Assembly: GCA_049611965.1 (NCBI GenBank)
Contig: JBMZBC010000002.1
Coordinates: forward strand, 28,473 to 92,472
DNA: 64,000 bases
Source of the DNA: Schleiferiaceae bacterium
GTDB lineage: Bacteria > Bacteroidota > Bacteroidia > Flavobacteriales > Schleiferiaceae
Direction of reading: 5' to 3'
Shown here: positions 9,829 through 19,374 of the stretch, piece by piece
Position numbering within the stretch: position 1 is the first letter of the stretch
How the letters are laid out: each line of letters opens with the position of its first letter
Made by a program: the position numbers and the translations under genes
Notes under the pieces: generated by a model
Databases searched by the model: none
Told to the model about the DNA's origin: nothing
The model's input: only the letters and a program-made list of their open reading frames with translations

Positions 9829-12800
9829 TTGGAAATAGCAGATTTACTATCCCGCTACCACAGCCACCCTTTAGTTGAACAGCTCACCACAGCCCATGGT
9901 GCAAAGCAGAATGTTGCCTTAGGATTTAATGCAGCCGGAGGCTCTCATGCAGCCGTGTTAGCCGCTGCAACCTACGAGCGGACGGGAGGTATGCAATTCA
10001 TCATCACCAACAGCAAGGAAGAGGCCGCCTACATTCAGAACGACATTGAAAAGTTGCTCCCTTCTGTAAAGAGCTACTTCTACCCTGCATCCTACCGCAG
10101 ACCGTATGAGGTAGAAACCACGGATAATGCGAACGTGTTGCTCCGTGCGGAGGTGTTGAACCACCTAAGTGCGCGCCGAAAGGCTCCTATTCTCATTTCT
10201 TACCCCGATGCCTTATTCGAGAAGGTGGTGACGAAAAAGGAATTGGAAACCAATACTCTTAAAGTGAATCTTGGGGATCAGCTAAGTCTGGATTTCCTCA
10301 ATGAAACGCTATTTGAATACCAGTTTGAACGCGTAGATTTTGTCGTTCAACCGGGCCAATTCTCCGTTCGTGGCGGCATCGTGGATATTTTCTCTTTTTC
10401 CAAAGACCATCCGTACCGGGTAGAGTTCTTTGACGACGAGGTAGAGAGCATTCGCTTCTTCGACATTGAAACTCAGCGTACCGTAGGCAAGGCAACTAAA
10501 ATGAGCATTGTCCCTAACGTAGAGAACAAAACGTTTTTGGAAAGTCGCGCCTCGCTGCTGAGTTACCTCCCTAAGGAAACACAACTCTGGATGGACACTC
10601 CATCCATGGCGGTGGCAAAGCTTGACCGATTGATGGAGCTTGCCCACGAGCGTTACGAGGAACTTGGAGATACGGTTCATCGTGCAGCACCGGGAGAGCT
10701 TTTTATCAGTGGAGATGCATTAAAGCGGGGCTTACTAGAATTTTCCCGCGTCGAATACGGACGGAGTGAATGGACTTCAGAAAAATTGGAGAGCAAGGCT
10801 TTGCCACAAAGGGCGTTCAACAAAGATTTCCAGCTCTTGGCCCAGACCTTATTGCGCAGCGAAAAGGAAGGCATTGAAACCGTATTAATGTGTTCGAACC
10901 CGAAGCAGATTGAGCGCTTCTACGCGATATTCGAGGACTTGGAATTGGCGCCAAAGTATGAAACCACGGTGGGTGCATTGCATGAAGGGTTCGAAGATGA
11001 ATTGGCCAAGACGTACCTCTATACCGATCATGAAATTTTCGACCGTTACCAACGATTCAACATCAAAAACGGTGCGAAAAAGAAACAGGCCATCACCCTC
11101 GAGCAGCTCAATGCGCTTGAGTTTGGGGATTATGTGACGCACGTGGACCACGGGGTTGGGAAATTCGGTGGACTGCAGAAGGTCGATAACAACGGGAAAA
11201 TTCAAGAGGCCATCAAGCTCGTTTACCGCGACAACGACATTCTTTATGTGAGCATCCACTCCCTGCATAAGATCAGCAAATACAACGGCAAAGACGGGAC
11301 CGCACCTACCCTTCACAAGCTTGGGTCAGCGCAGTGGCAAACCCTGAAGAAAAAGACGAAAGCGAAGGTGAAAAAGATTGCCTTCGATCTGATCCAGTTG
11401 TACGCCAAACGCCGCGAAGCCATCGGTTTCCAATGTGCGCCGGACGGGTACTTGCAGCATGAGTTGGAGGCGAGCTTCCTCTTTGAGGATACTCCGGACC
11501 AGATGTCCGCCACGGAAGCCATCAAGAAGGATATGGAGAGTCCGATGCCTATGGACCGACTCATCTGTGGAGATGTAGGCTTCGGAAAAACAGAAATAGC
11601 CATACGTGCCGCTTTTAAAGCGGTTGCTAATGGCAAGCAGGTGGCTGTATTGGTACCTACAACCGTGCTTGCCTTCCAGCACTTTAAGACCTTCACTAAA
11701 CGACTGGACGGATTCCTGGTAAACGTAGATTACATCAACAGGTTCCGAACCGCCGGTCAGCAGCGCGAGACCTTAAAGAAGCTTTCGGAGGGAAAGGTGG
11801 ACATCCTAATTGGCACCCACAAACTAGTGAGTAAGAGCGTCGAATTCAAAGACCTTGGCCTATTGATCATTGACGAAGAGCAGAAGTTTGGTGTGGGTGT
11901 GAAGGACAAGATTAAAACACTCAAGGTCAATGTAGACACCCTTACCCTGACGGCAACCCCTATACCGCGTACCCTGCAGTTTTCACTAATGGCAGCGCGA
12001 GATTTGAGTGTGATGACAACACCTCCGCCGAACAGACAGCCTATTGAAACGGAGTTGGTCGGGTTTAATGAGGAAGGCATCCGCGATGCGATCAGCTATG
12101 AGATTCAGCGCGGCGGCCAGGTGTTCTTCATCAATAACCGGGTGAGTAATATTGGGGAGGTCGCTGGTATGGTGAACCGATTGGTTCCGGATGCCCGCGT
12201 AGCCATTGGCCACGGACAGATGGAGGGTAAAAAACTTGAGAAGGTCATGCTCGACTTCATGGACGGAAAGTACGATGTACTGGTGGCTACTTCTATTATT
12301 GAAAGTGGGCTGGACGTGCCAAACGCAAATACAATCATCATCAATAACGCGAACCACTTTGGGATGTCTGATTTACACCAGATGCGCGGTCGTGTGGGGC
12401 GCTCCAACAAGAAGGCGTTTTGTAAGTTGATCACCCCTCCAATGAGTACCTTGACCGACGAGGCACGAAAAAGATTGCGTGCGCTCGAGCAATTCACTGA
12501 TCTGGGTTCAGGGTTCAAGATTGCTATGAAAGATCTAGAAATTCGCGGAGCTGGCGATATGCTAGGTGGTGAACAGAGCGGATTTATCACGGATATGGGC
12601 TTTGATACCTACCAGAAGATTTTGGCGGAAGCTGTAAAGGAATTGAAGGAGAACGAATTCAAAGACCTCTATGAAAAAGAGAACAGAGACAAGGGATCCG
12701 ATTTTGTAGACGAAGTCCAGATTGATACGGACATGGAATTATTGATTCCGGACAACTACGTGAATAACATTGAGGAGCGCCTAAAGCTGTACCAACGATT

Positions 12801-13179
12801 GGGTGAACTCACAGAGGAGGAGGATTTGCAGTTCTTTGAAATGGAACTGGAAGACCGATTCGGCCCTATCCCACCGTCTGTGGCAGCATTGCTCTATTCG
12901 GTACGCATCAAGTGGCTGGCCAAGCATATTGGCTTCCAGAAACTCATTATCAAGATGGGCAAGTTTATCGGACACTTTGCAGCCGAGAACAACAGCGAGT
13001 ATTACCAACTGCCTATTTTCTCTGCCATCCTAGGCTATTTGCAGCGCAACCCGCGCAAGGTTCAAGTGAAACAAAAGGGAGAGAAACTCACCTTTGTCGC
13101 ACAGAACATTATCGAATTACAAGACGTTCATCAGATGCTGAGCAGCATCGTCGAATTGGAAAAACCTGTAGAAGCATAA
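9829..13179 (+). CDS. mfd: transcription-repair coupling factor
   Basis: A 1116-aa protein with a UvrB-homology N-region, a CarD/TRCF domain, a DEAD/DEAH helicase (GDVGFGKTE, DEEQKFG) and the TRG motif. TTG start at 9829. Confidence 0.95.
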   Translation: MEIADLLSRYHSHPLVEQLTTAHGAKQNVALGFNAAGGSHAAVLAAATYERTGGMQFIITNSKEEAAYIQNDIEKLLPSVKSYFYPASYRRPYEVETTDNANVLLRAEVLNHLSARRKAPILISYPDALFEKVVTKKELETNTLKVNLGDQLSLDFLNETLFEYQFERVDFVVQPGQFSVRGGIVDIFSFSKDHPYRVEFFDDEVESIRFFDIETQRTVGKATKMSIVPNVENKTFLESRASLLSYLPKETQLWMDTPSMAVAKLDRLMELAHERYEELGDTVHRAAPGELFISGDALKRGLLEFSRVEYGRSEWTSEKLESKALPQRAFNKDFQLLAQTLLRSEKEGIETVLMCSNPKQIERFYAIFEDLELAPKYETTVGALHEGFEDELAKTYLYTDHEIFDRYQRFNIKNGAKKKQAITLEQLNALEFGDYVTHVDHGVGKFGGLQKVDNNGKIQEAIKLVYRDNDILYVSIHSLHKISKYNGKDGTAPTLHKLGSAQWQTLKKKTKAKVKKIAFDLIQLYAKRREAIGFQCAPDGYLQHELEASFLFEDTPDQMSATEAIKKDMESPMPMDRLICGDVGFGKTEIAIRAAFKAVANGKQVAVLVPTTVLAFQHFKTFTKRLDGFLVNVDYINRFRTAGQQRETLKKLSEGKVDILIGTHKLVSKSVEFKDLGLLIIDEEQKFGVGVKDKIKTLKVNVDTLTLTATPIPRTLQFSLMAARDLSVMTTPPPNRQPIETELVGFNEEGIRDAISYEIQRGGQVFFINNRVSNIGEVAGMVNRLVPDARVAIGHGQMEGKKLEKVMLDFMDGKYDVLVATSIIESGLDVPNANTIIINNANHFGMSDLHQMRGRVGRSNKKAFCKLITPPMSTLTDEARKRLRALEQFTDLGSGFKIAMKDLEIRGAGDMLGGEQSGFITDMGFDTYQKILAEAVKELKENEFKDLYEKENRDKGSDFVDEVQIDTDMELLIPDNYVNNIEERLKLYQRLGELTEEEDLQFFEMELEDRFGPIPPSVAALLYSVRIKWLAKHIGFQKLIIKMGKFIGHFAAENNSEYYQLPIFSAILGYLQRNPRKVQVKQKGEKLTFVAQNIIELQDVHQMLSSIVELEKPVEA

Positions 13180-13817
13180 TGAAGGTTCAAGACTTTATTG
13201 ATTCAAGATTGGCGGAATTGGCCAATTATAAAAAGCAATTTGAAACTGCCTTTTACTTCCTTGAAGAGGACGAATTGTTCTTTATTCCCGAGGGCGAAAA
13301 GTGGTCTGCCATTGAGTGCATAGAGCACATCAATAATGTGAGTGAGGCTTATCTGCCACAGCTGACCAAGGTCTGTCAATCCGAAGAAGCTACTCAGAGT
13401 GAAGAACTCACACTTAGTTGGTTCCAGAAAAAGGCGCGCGGTTGGATGTCCCCACTCAGCAAACCTGAGGCGATAAAAATTCGTGCACCAAAGAAGCTGC
13501 AACCGCGACGCATTCAAAACCCAGAGCTCAAGCTGAGTGCACAGAAGGTAATGGAGAACTTCATTTCTGACCTAAGTCAGATAGAAAAGGTCTTGCGCAT
13601 TATCCCCCACAGCCCTGAGCTCAGGAATACCAAAGTGATAAGCGCCGCTCCCCCTATTAAAGTCAAAACGTTGACTGGCTTAGAAATGATGGTGCCGCAT
13701 ATCGGTCGTCATTTGGAACAAGCCGAGCGCATTTTGAATGGCGGACGATTGGCCAAAGAGGCGCAGGTCGAGAACCCTGACCTGATTTTCCCGACACGTG
13801 AAGCAGAGAAAGAGTAA
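13179..13817 (+). CDS. DinB-superfamily (DinB_2-like) protein
   Basis: ATG 13179 overlaps the mfd stop (TAATG). His-containing segments IECIEHINN and HIGRHLEQAE fit a four-helix DinB-like fold. The assignment is tentative. Confidence 0.55.
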   Translation: MKVQDFIDSRLAELANYKKQFETAFYFLEEDELFFIPEGEKWSAIECIEHINNVSEAYLPQLTKVCQSEEATQSEELTLSWFQKKARGWMSPLSKPEAIKIRAPKKLQPRRIQNPELKLSAQKVMENFISDLSQIEKVLRIIPHSPELRNTKVISAAPPIKVKTLTGLEMMVPHIGRHLEQAERILNGGRLAKEAQVENPDLIFPTREAEKE

Positions 13818-13853
13818 GGTACATTCAGCTGGAAAGACTGAATAAAAAAAACA

Positions 13854-13894
13854 ACATAAAAAAACCCCTGCGGCCGTTGGCCGCAGGGGTTTTA
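13854..13894. terminator. bidirectional rho-independent terminator
   Basis: Perfect 11-bp GC-rich stem CCCCTGCGGCC/GGCCGCAGGGG flanked by an A-run and a T-run, lying between convergent genes. Confidence 0.75.
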
Positions 13895-13915
13895 CTTGGA
13901 TTATTTTTCCGACGA

Positions 13916-15439
13916 CTACATCACCTTAATCCAGAGCTTGCCGTTGTACTGACCATTAAAGCCTGTATTGCGCGCTTGGTTTGCAGCATTGTAGTTATTG
14001 AATTTCAATAGGAATACGTAGTACATGTTATTGTTCGAATCTTGGAAGATGTCTGAACCTACACCCTGAGCACGAAGCTTGTTCTGTAGTTTAACAGCAT
14101 TATTTCTTGATCCAAATACACCTGCAGTCACATAATACCCTTGTGATCCTGGCTGAACATTTCCGGCGTATTGGTTCGGGTTGTAACCTGTAATGTTAGA
14201 ATTCACAGTACCTCCACCTTGCGGTGTTTGTGGATACATATTACCGCCAGCACCAGAGTTGGGATCGAAGCCTCCATTACTTGAATTACCAGCGTTGTTC
14301 ATTCCACCGCCTGCAGCTCCATTAGCCGCAGCTTCACTAGCAGCATCTGCGGCAGCCTGAGCAGCGGCTTCACTTAGCTCGCCTTTCATGGCTTCCTTCT
14401 CTGCATCAAATAGCGATTTCTGTTGGTCAGTGATCTCGTCTTTAAACTCGTCCAAGCGATCGTTTAGCAGGTCCTCTAGGTCCCCAGATTGACGACGCTG
14501 ACGGTCCTTCAATTTCTTGATTTCATTTTCTAGACGCTTGTCCTTCTTACTCTCACCAAAGGTGTAACGCAACATAAACTCGTGCGAATTACCCAAGGCA
14601 AACCCATAAGTGTTGAGCGAGAAGTCGTATGCGTAACCTAGACTTATGTTTTCTGTAACATGTACCCCAGCATTACCCGTAACAGCGTATGAAGAACGGT
14701 ATGCTGCACCTACGTAGAAGTACTCCTTGTGGTTAAACATCAAACCGGCATCCACCTGAGGGATGGTTACCTCATTGGCACGAACGGTTACAAATGGACT
14801 CAAGGTCATCAACCCTTTCTGAAGTTGTACATCGTAGGCCGTATTCACCACATAGTGACGCATGTAATGGTACTGATAAGGACTGTTGAAGTTATCACCG
14901 AAATCAACCTTTGGCGCCAACAAGTTCGGTACCGCTGCACCAATATTAAAATCGCCAAACTTCAAATTGAAACCGAAGTTCAAATCAAATTTTGAACTGT
15001 TGAGTTGGCTGTACAATACAGGGTCCAATTCATCCGGCACGCGAATGCCCGCTACATTAATGTTGTTATTTACATATCCCGCACCCAATCCTAGGCTCAA
15101 ACTATTCTTGTCTGTGAACTTGACATGCCAAGCGTAAGAACCGTAGAATCCCGAACGGCTTACGATATCTGTGTTATCACTAAAAGCATAGCCGCTGTAT
15201 CCAAATTTCAAATCATTCTGGTTGCCGTTAAACGCCATGAATTGCGTTTCAGGAGCTCCCTGAATATCCGTCCATTGACGGCGATTAAGAATTGAAATCT
15301 CGGTCTTACCCTCAATACCGCTGAAGGCAGGGTTAAACAAGTAGGCCGTATTCAAATAACTTGAAATAAGTGGCAATTGCTGTGCACTGGCAGTTATACT
15401 TCCAACCAACAATGCGAATATTAATAGCTGCTTTCTCAT
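13916..15439 (-). CDS. PorP/SprF-family T9SS outer-membrane protein with C-terminal coiled-coil, low-complexity linker and SPOR-like domain
   Basis: Signal peptide followed by QLPLISSYLNTAYLFNPAFSG...RRQWTDIQGAPET, the PorP/SprF hallmark. The C-terminal 74 aa (GYYVTAGVFGSRNNAVKLQNKL...YYVFLLKF...KLWIKVM) fit the SPOR pattern. There is a 2-nt gap to the upstream cargo gene. Confidence 0.8.
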   Translation of the reverse strand: MRKQLLIFALLVGSITASAQQLPLISSYLNTAYLFNPAFSGIEGKTEISILNRRQWTDIQGAPETQFMAFNGNQNDLKFGYSGYAFSDNTDIVSRSGFYGSYAWHVKFTDKNSLSLGLGAGYVNNNINVAGIRVPDELDPVLYSQLNSSKFDLNFGFNLKFGDFNIGAAVPNLLAPKVDFGDNFNSPYQYHYMRHYVVNTAYDVQLQKGLMTLSPFVTVRANEVTIPQVDAGLMFNHKEYFYVGAAYRSSYAVTGNAGVHVTENISLGYAYDFSLNTYGFALGNSHEFMLRYTFGESKKDKRLENEIKKLKDRQRRQSGDLEDLLNDRLDEFKDEITDQQKSLFDAEKEAMKGELSEAAAQAAADAASEAAANGAAGGGMNNAGNSSNGGFDPNSGAGGNMYPQTPQGGGTVNSNITGYNPNQYAGNVQPGSQGYYVTAGVFGSRNNAVKLQNKLRAQGVGSDIFQDSNNNMYYVFLLKFNNYNAANQARNTGFNGQYNGKLWIKVM

Positions 15440-15441
15440 GA

Positions 15442-17439
15442 TTAGAAGTTGTTAAGGATGGTTACTGCAGCCTTGACCCTTATGTTATTCTCAAAGGTTA
15501 AGACATAATAATAAGTTCCGTCTTCCAACTGGGCACCACCGTCGGTGGTTCCGCCCCAAGCATTGTTATACACTTCTTGGTTGTAGACCGGTGTACCCCA
15601 TCGTGTGTACACTGTAAACTCACACGCATCGCCGTTCGTCACACCTGCAAGGTCAAGGACATCATTATTTCCATCGCCGTTCGGCGTGATTACATTCTGA
15701 AGATTTCCATAAATATCAGCGATGATCACATTGGTGTCTTGCTCACTAACAAAAACCTGAACACTTGCCGTATCCGTACAACCGTTGATATCTTCAACTT
15801 GAATGAAGTACGTAATAGTATCTACAGATGGGATGGCCATTGTGCTTGAACCAAGCTGGTTGCTGTAGTACGAAGGAGCATCTGCGAACCAGTAGTAGCT
15901 AGTACCACCTGTTGAGCTCAGCGTTGTACTCTCTCCTGGGCTGATTACCTGAGGAGATGCTGTAGCCGTTGCTACCAATGTATAATTGTAGATATCCAAG
16001 GTATCGACCGTTTTACACTGGTTTACACCATATGCTTCGATCACATATTGCCCTGGGACACTCAAGAAATTTTGCTTACCAACAAACACGCCGCCGTTCC
16101 AAGCGAAGTTCAAGGCGTTGCTTTGTAGCGATACCAAAACACTATCGTAGACACAAACTCCTAAAGAGTCACCCGGTAGGATGGAGATGGTTGGGAACGG
16201 TACAAAGTTCACTGTGGTTTCATTCGAAATGTAATCACAGCTTTCATTGGTCAATACCAATCGATAATCCGCTGTATCTGCTACGATAGAAGTATCTACC
16301 GTCAACCATGGCAGCGTATCGTTGGCTAAGTTTAGCCAGTTTGCACTTCCGGAAGGATAGGCGATCTGCCACTGGTATTCCCAAGAGTCGTACAAGACTG
16401 TGTCGGTCGCTGTAAGAAGTGTTGAATCTGTCAAACATAAAGTCGTTGTCGGCAACGGTTGGCCTGGCCAAGGTTGGTTAATCACTACCGTAGAAGGAAC
16501 TGTATCAACAATTACCCAAAAAGCGTTTGAAGTGTCTACACAACCACCAGGGACGGAAGTTACCTCCAAGTACCATTGGCTAGTGGTATCAACATCAATG
16601 GCAGCAGTTGTATCACCCGTGTAGTACCAAACAGTATCACCAAAGATGTCTACACTGTCCGCCTTCAACCAATTGAACTCGTAGCCCAAGATCCCCGGTG
16701 AAGGGAAAGCGAAATATTCTAATGTTGCCACAGTACCCTCACACATACGGATGGAGTCAATACCTACATAGTTGATTCCTGCACCACCATTGGCGAATAC
16801 TTCACTACCAGGTTTGTAAGAATTTACAATGGTATCGTTCGAAGTTGCGTCACAAAGGTTGGAACTCACCTCAATTCCGTAGGTTCCCGAAGCTGTTACA
16901 AATAATGTATCGTTGGTTTCACCGGCAATGGCGCCACCACCGCTTAACCATTGGTACGTGTAGCTTTGACCTGTTGGCGCTTGATTCGCTACCAAAAGAG
17001 CAGTATCACCCTCACAGAAAGTGATCTCACCGGCCTTATCGAACCAGTTGTAGGCGGTAATACCTGTTGTCGGGTTTGCGCCAATAATTACGTTCGAAAT
17101 GGTATCTGAAATCACCACTGGATTTGAGCTCACCATTCTAAACTTGTAAACGCCTTGCGGAGTGTTGTCCGGAATCAAGACGTCAATCTCATTTCCAGTA
17201 CTCACACCATAGGCAAGTAATGGGGAGATCGATACGAAAGTACCGTTGAAGCTTCCTGTATTATCGCTCATCTCAACAGAAAACGTGTTGCCCACGTTGA
17301 AAGGAGAGGTAATATCAAAAGCCATAATCAGCGAGTCGCCTTGACACGCTTGAAGACTGATGGTTGGAGTGGTCGTGCTTTGACTAAAAGCGGATAGGCC
17401 TCCCAACAAAAAAGTCAATGAGAGTAAAAACTTTCTCAT
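15442..17439 (-). CDS. T9SS type-B C-terminal-domain (gliding motility-associated CTD) cell-surface protein
   Basis: Signal peptide, repetitive Ig-like body, and a C-terminus NVITPNGDGNNDVLDL...YTRWG...GTYYYVL. Confidence 0.8.
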   Translation of the reverse strand: MRKFLLSLTFLLGGLSAFSQSTTTPTISLQACQGDSLIMAFDITSPFNVGNTFSVEMSDNTGSFNGTFVSISPLLAYGVSTGNEIDVLIPDNTPQGVYKFRMVSSNPVVISDTISNVIIGANPTTGITAYNWFDKAGEITFCEGDTALLVANQAPTGQSYTYQWLSGGGAIAGETNDTLFVTASGTYGIEVSSNLCDATSNDTIVNSYKPGSEVFANGGAGINYVGIDSIRMCEGTVATLEYFAFPSPGILGYEFNWLKADSVDIFGDTVWYYTGDTTAAIDVDTTSQWYLEVTSVPGGCVDTSNAFWVIVDTVPSTVVINQPWPGQPLPTTTLCLTDSTLLTATDTVLYDSWEYQWQIAYPSGSANWLNLANDTLPWLTVDTSIVADTADYRLVLTNESCDYISNETTVNFVPFPTISILPGDSLGVCVYDSVLVSLQSNALNFAWNGGVFVGKQNFLSVPGQYVIEAYGVNQCKTVDTLDIYNYTLVATATASPQVISPGESTTLSSTGGTSYYWFADAPSYYSNQLGSSTMAIPSVDTITYFIQVEDINGCTDTASVQVFVSEQDTNVIIADIYGNLQNVITPNGDGNNDVLDLAGVTNGDACEFTVYTRWGTPVYNQEVYNNAWGGTTDGGAQLEDGTYYYVLTFENNIRVKAAVTILNNF

Positions 17440-17482
17440 GTAGAATTGTTTTGGGTTCAGTGTTATTGCAATGAATGCTTAA

Positions 17483-17490
17483 CAAAGCTA
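17483..17490 (-). promoter_or_regulatory. candidate -7 box TAGCTTTG for adhesin/SprF-like operon
   Basis: Exact TAnnTTTG on the minus strand, 43 nt upstream of ATG 17439. Confidence 0.4.
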
Positions 17491-17564
17491 ATTTCGTACT
17501 TGTTTAACAATAACCGTGCTACATTTACTCATTAATCAACCTTTTCTATCAACAAACACCCCGC

Positions 17565-18020
17565 ATGAAGCAAGAACTCAGTCAAAGACTACTAATGGAC
17601 TTGGAAAAATTCAAAGCACTTAGCGACATTACATTGCAAGAAGCCTTGGTACGTTGGTTAGACGAAGAGGTATCTTATTACAATTGGACCGGCTTTTACT
17701 TCATGAACGATGAGAAGCAGCAACTTGAGATTGGACCTTATGTTGGGGCGTACACAGACCATACGGTCATCCCCTATGGAAGAGGCATCTGCGGCCAAGT
17801 CGCGGTGAGCGGTAAAACCTTCGAGGTACCAGATGTTCACGCCCAAGACAATTACCTCGCGTGCAGCATTGCAACCAAGAGTGAAATTGTAGTACCCATT
17901 TACAAAGGAGAGAATCTCGTCGGTCAGATAGATATAGATTCACACGAATTGGACCCATTTACCCAAGAGGACCATAATCTACTGGAGGCTGTGGCCAATT
18001 TTGTCGCGCAAAGGCTCTAA
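17565..18020 (+). CDS. GAF domain protein (free methionine-(R)-sulfoxide reductase-like)
   Basis: WTGFYF...LEIGPYVG...GRGICGQVAVSGKTFEVPDV matches the single-GAF fRMsr/YebR-type pattern. Confidence 0.75.
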   Translation: MKQELSQRLLMDLEKFKALSDITLQEALVRWLDEEVSYYNWTGFYFMNDEKQQLEIGPYVGAYTDHTVIPYGRGICGQVAVSGKTFEVPDVHAQDNYLACSIATKSEIVVPIYKGENLVGQIDIDSHELDPFTQEDHNLLEAVANFVAQRL

Positions 18021-19270
18021 GCCTGCATGCGTATCGCTTCCACCGGATCTAATCTAGAAGCCATCCACGCTGGAATAAATCCAGAAAGCAATCCAATAAC
18101 CCCACTCAGACCAAGTCCTACTATAATATTTCTTGTGCTTAAGAAAATGTCGAAATCAAAAGCTTTTGCAGCAGCCAGAGCTCCAAGATAAACCAGGAAC
18201 AACCCGGCAGCCCCTCCCAGCAGACACAAAACAATACTTTCAGTCAAAAACTGAATTAAAACCACAAAGTTTTTTGCACCCAGTGCTTTTTGGATACCAA
18301 TTTCGTTGGTACGTTCACGGACACTCACGAACATTATGTTGGCAATCCCAAAACCGCCAACAAGAATGGAAAAACCGCCAATCACCGTACCCACGAGGCC
18401 TAAGACACCAAACAATCCATCCAATTGATTTGAGATCAACGAAGGGTCGTTCAGCGCAAAATTATCGTCCGCACCTGGACGAAGGCGACGAATAGAACGC
18501 ATCAAACCTGTTAATTCGTCTTTCAATTGAGCCAGCGAAATTCCTTCCTTCGCACTGACCATGATAAGGTTGCCGTCGTTTTTATCTGTATTCACCACGG
18601 TTCGAACGAACTTGAATGGTACAAGGACCATCTTATCGTAGCTCTGTCCGACCAAGCTCTCTCCTACCTTTTCAAAAACACCAATGACCGTTAGTTTCTG
18701 TCCACGAATAGATATCTGTTCACCCAAGGCACTTTCGCCTCCCGGAAACAAACCTTCTTCAATATTGGCCCCGATGATACAATAGGGCTTGCCTCCGAAC
18801 ATTTCATTTTCAGTAAAATAGCGTCCTTCCTTAAGGTCAAAATCCCAGATTTGATTGTACTCGTAAGTAATCCCCAAGACTTCAACACCACCGGCATCCA
18901 TGCCGTTGCGCTTGGCAGTAGCTCCGCCTAATGAAGTACCGAATGCAACGTTTTCAGCATATTGAGAACGCTTTCTCAACAAGTCGCTTTCTTTACTTAA
19001 AGGCACGGGGCGATTGAGATACTTCCACCAAGCGTATTCGCCACCTCCACCCCAAGGCCATTTTTGCACGTAAACAACATTATCACCGAGCTGACTAACG
19101 CTGTCTCGAATGTTTTTCTCCAAAGAATCGACGATCGAATAAACCAAAATAATAGCAAATATCCCTATGGTGATTCCAAGCAAGGAGAGGAACGTTCTCA
19201 ATTTGTTTACTGTCAGTGAAATAACAGCAAAAATCAAGCTTTCTTTAATGAGGCGAATGAGAACAATCAC
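18017..19270 (-). CDS. ABC transporter permease, MacB/FtsX type
   Basis: N-terminal TM (NKLRTFLSLLGITIGIFAI), a periplasmic MacB-like core and a C-terminal FtsX 3-TM module. The GTG 19270 start is favoured because a TAATTTTG box sits 18 nt upstream of it. ATG 19324 from the ORF track would lie upstream of that box. Confidence 0.8.
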   Translation of the reverse strand: MIVLIRLIKESLIFAVISLTVNKLRTFLSLLGITIGIFAIILVYSIVDSLEKNIRDSVSQLGDNVVYVQKWPWGGGGEYAWWKYLNRPVPLSKESDLLRKRSQYAENVAFGTSLGGATAKRNGMDAGGVEVLGITYEYNQIWDFDLKEGRYFTENEMFGGKPYCIIGANIEEGLFPGGESALGEQISIRGQKLTVIGVFEKVGESLVGQSYDKMVLVPFKFVRTVVNTDKNDGNLIMVSAKEGISLAQLKDELTGLMRSIRRLRPGADDNFALNDPSLISNQLDGLFGVLGLVGTVIGGFSILVGGFGIANIMFVSVRERTNEIGIQKALGAKNFVVLIQFLTESIVLCLLGGAAGLFLVYLGALAAAKAFDFDIFLSTRNIIVGLGLSGVIGLLSGFIPAWMASRLDPVEAIRMQA

Positions 19271-19288
19271 GAGGTAGTGGGTTTCTCT

Positions 19289-19296
19289 CAAAATTA
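19289..19296 (-). promoter_or_regulatory. candidate -7 box TAATTTTG for permease gene
   Basis: Exact TAnnTTTG on the minus strand in the divergent intergenic region. Confidence 0.4.
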
Positions 19297-19330
19297 GAGA
19301 GAAAAGCGCACAAAAAGGCACCATTTATGC

Positions 19331-19338
19331 TACTTTTG
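19331..19338 (+). promoter_or_regulatory. candidate -7 box TACTTTTG for purH-mreBCD-mrdA-rodA operon
   Basis: Exact TAnnTTTG 36 nt upstream of ATG 19375. Confidence 0.4.
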
Positions 19339-19374
19339 CCCTTTCTCATTATTCACACAACAATCTCGTACGAT

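Noticed and set aside
10885-12590. Several 100-160-aa ORFs antisense to mfd (10885..11316, 11313..11696, 11986..12357, 12105..12590)
   Set aside because: All are nested in the 1116-aa mfd frame. Open antisense frames of this kind are expected by chance in a long gene of this composition.
12912-13178. ORF-track extension of the DinB-like gene into mfd
   Set aside because: The extension lies in an alternative frame of the mfd 3' end. ATG 13179, which overlaps the mfd stop, gives a sensible start.
14141-14371. Low-complexity GC-rich DNA resembling a tandem repeat inside the SprF-like gene
   Set aside because: There is no exact periodic unit. It encodes an Ala/Gly/Asn-rich linker between the coiled coil and the SPOR-like domain.
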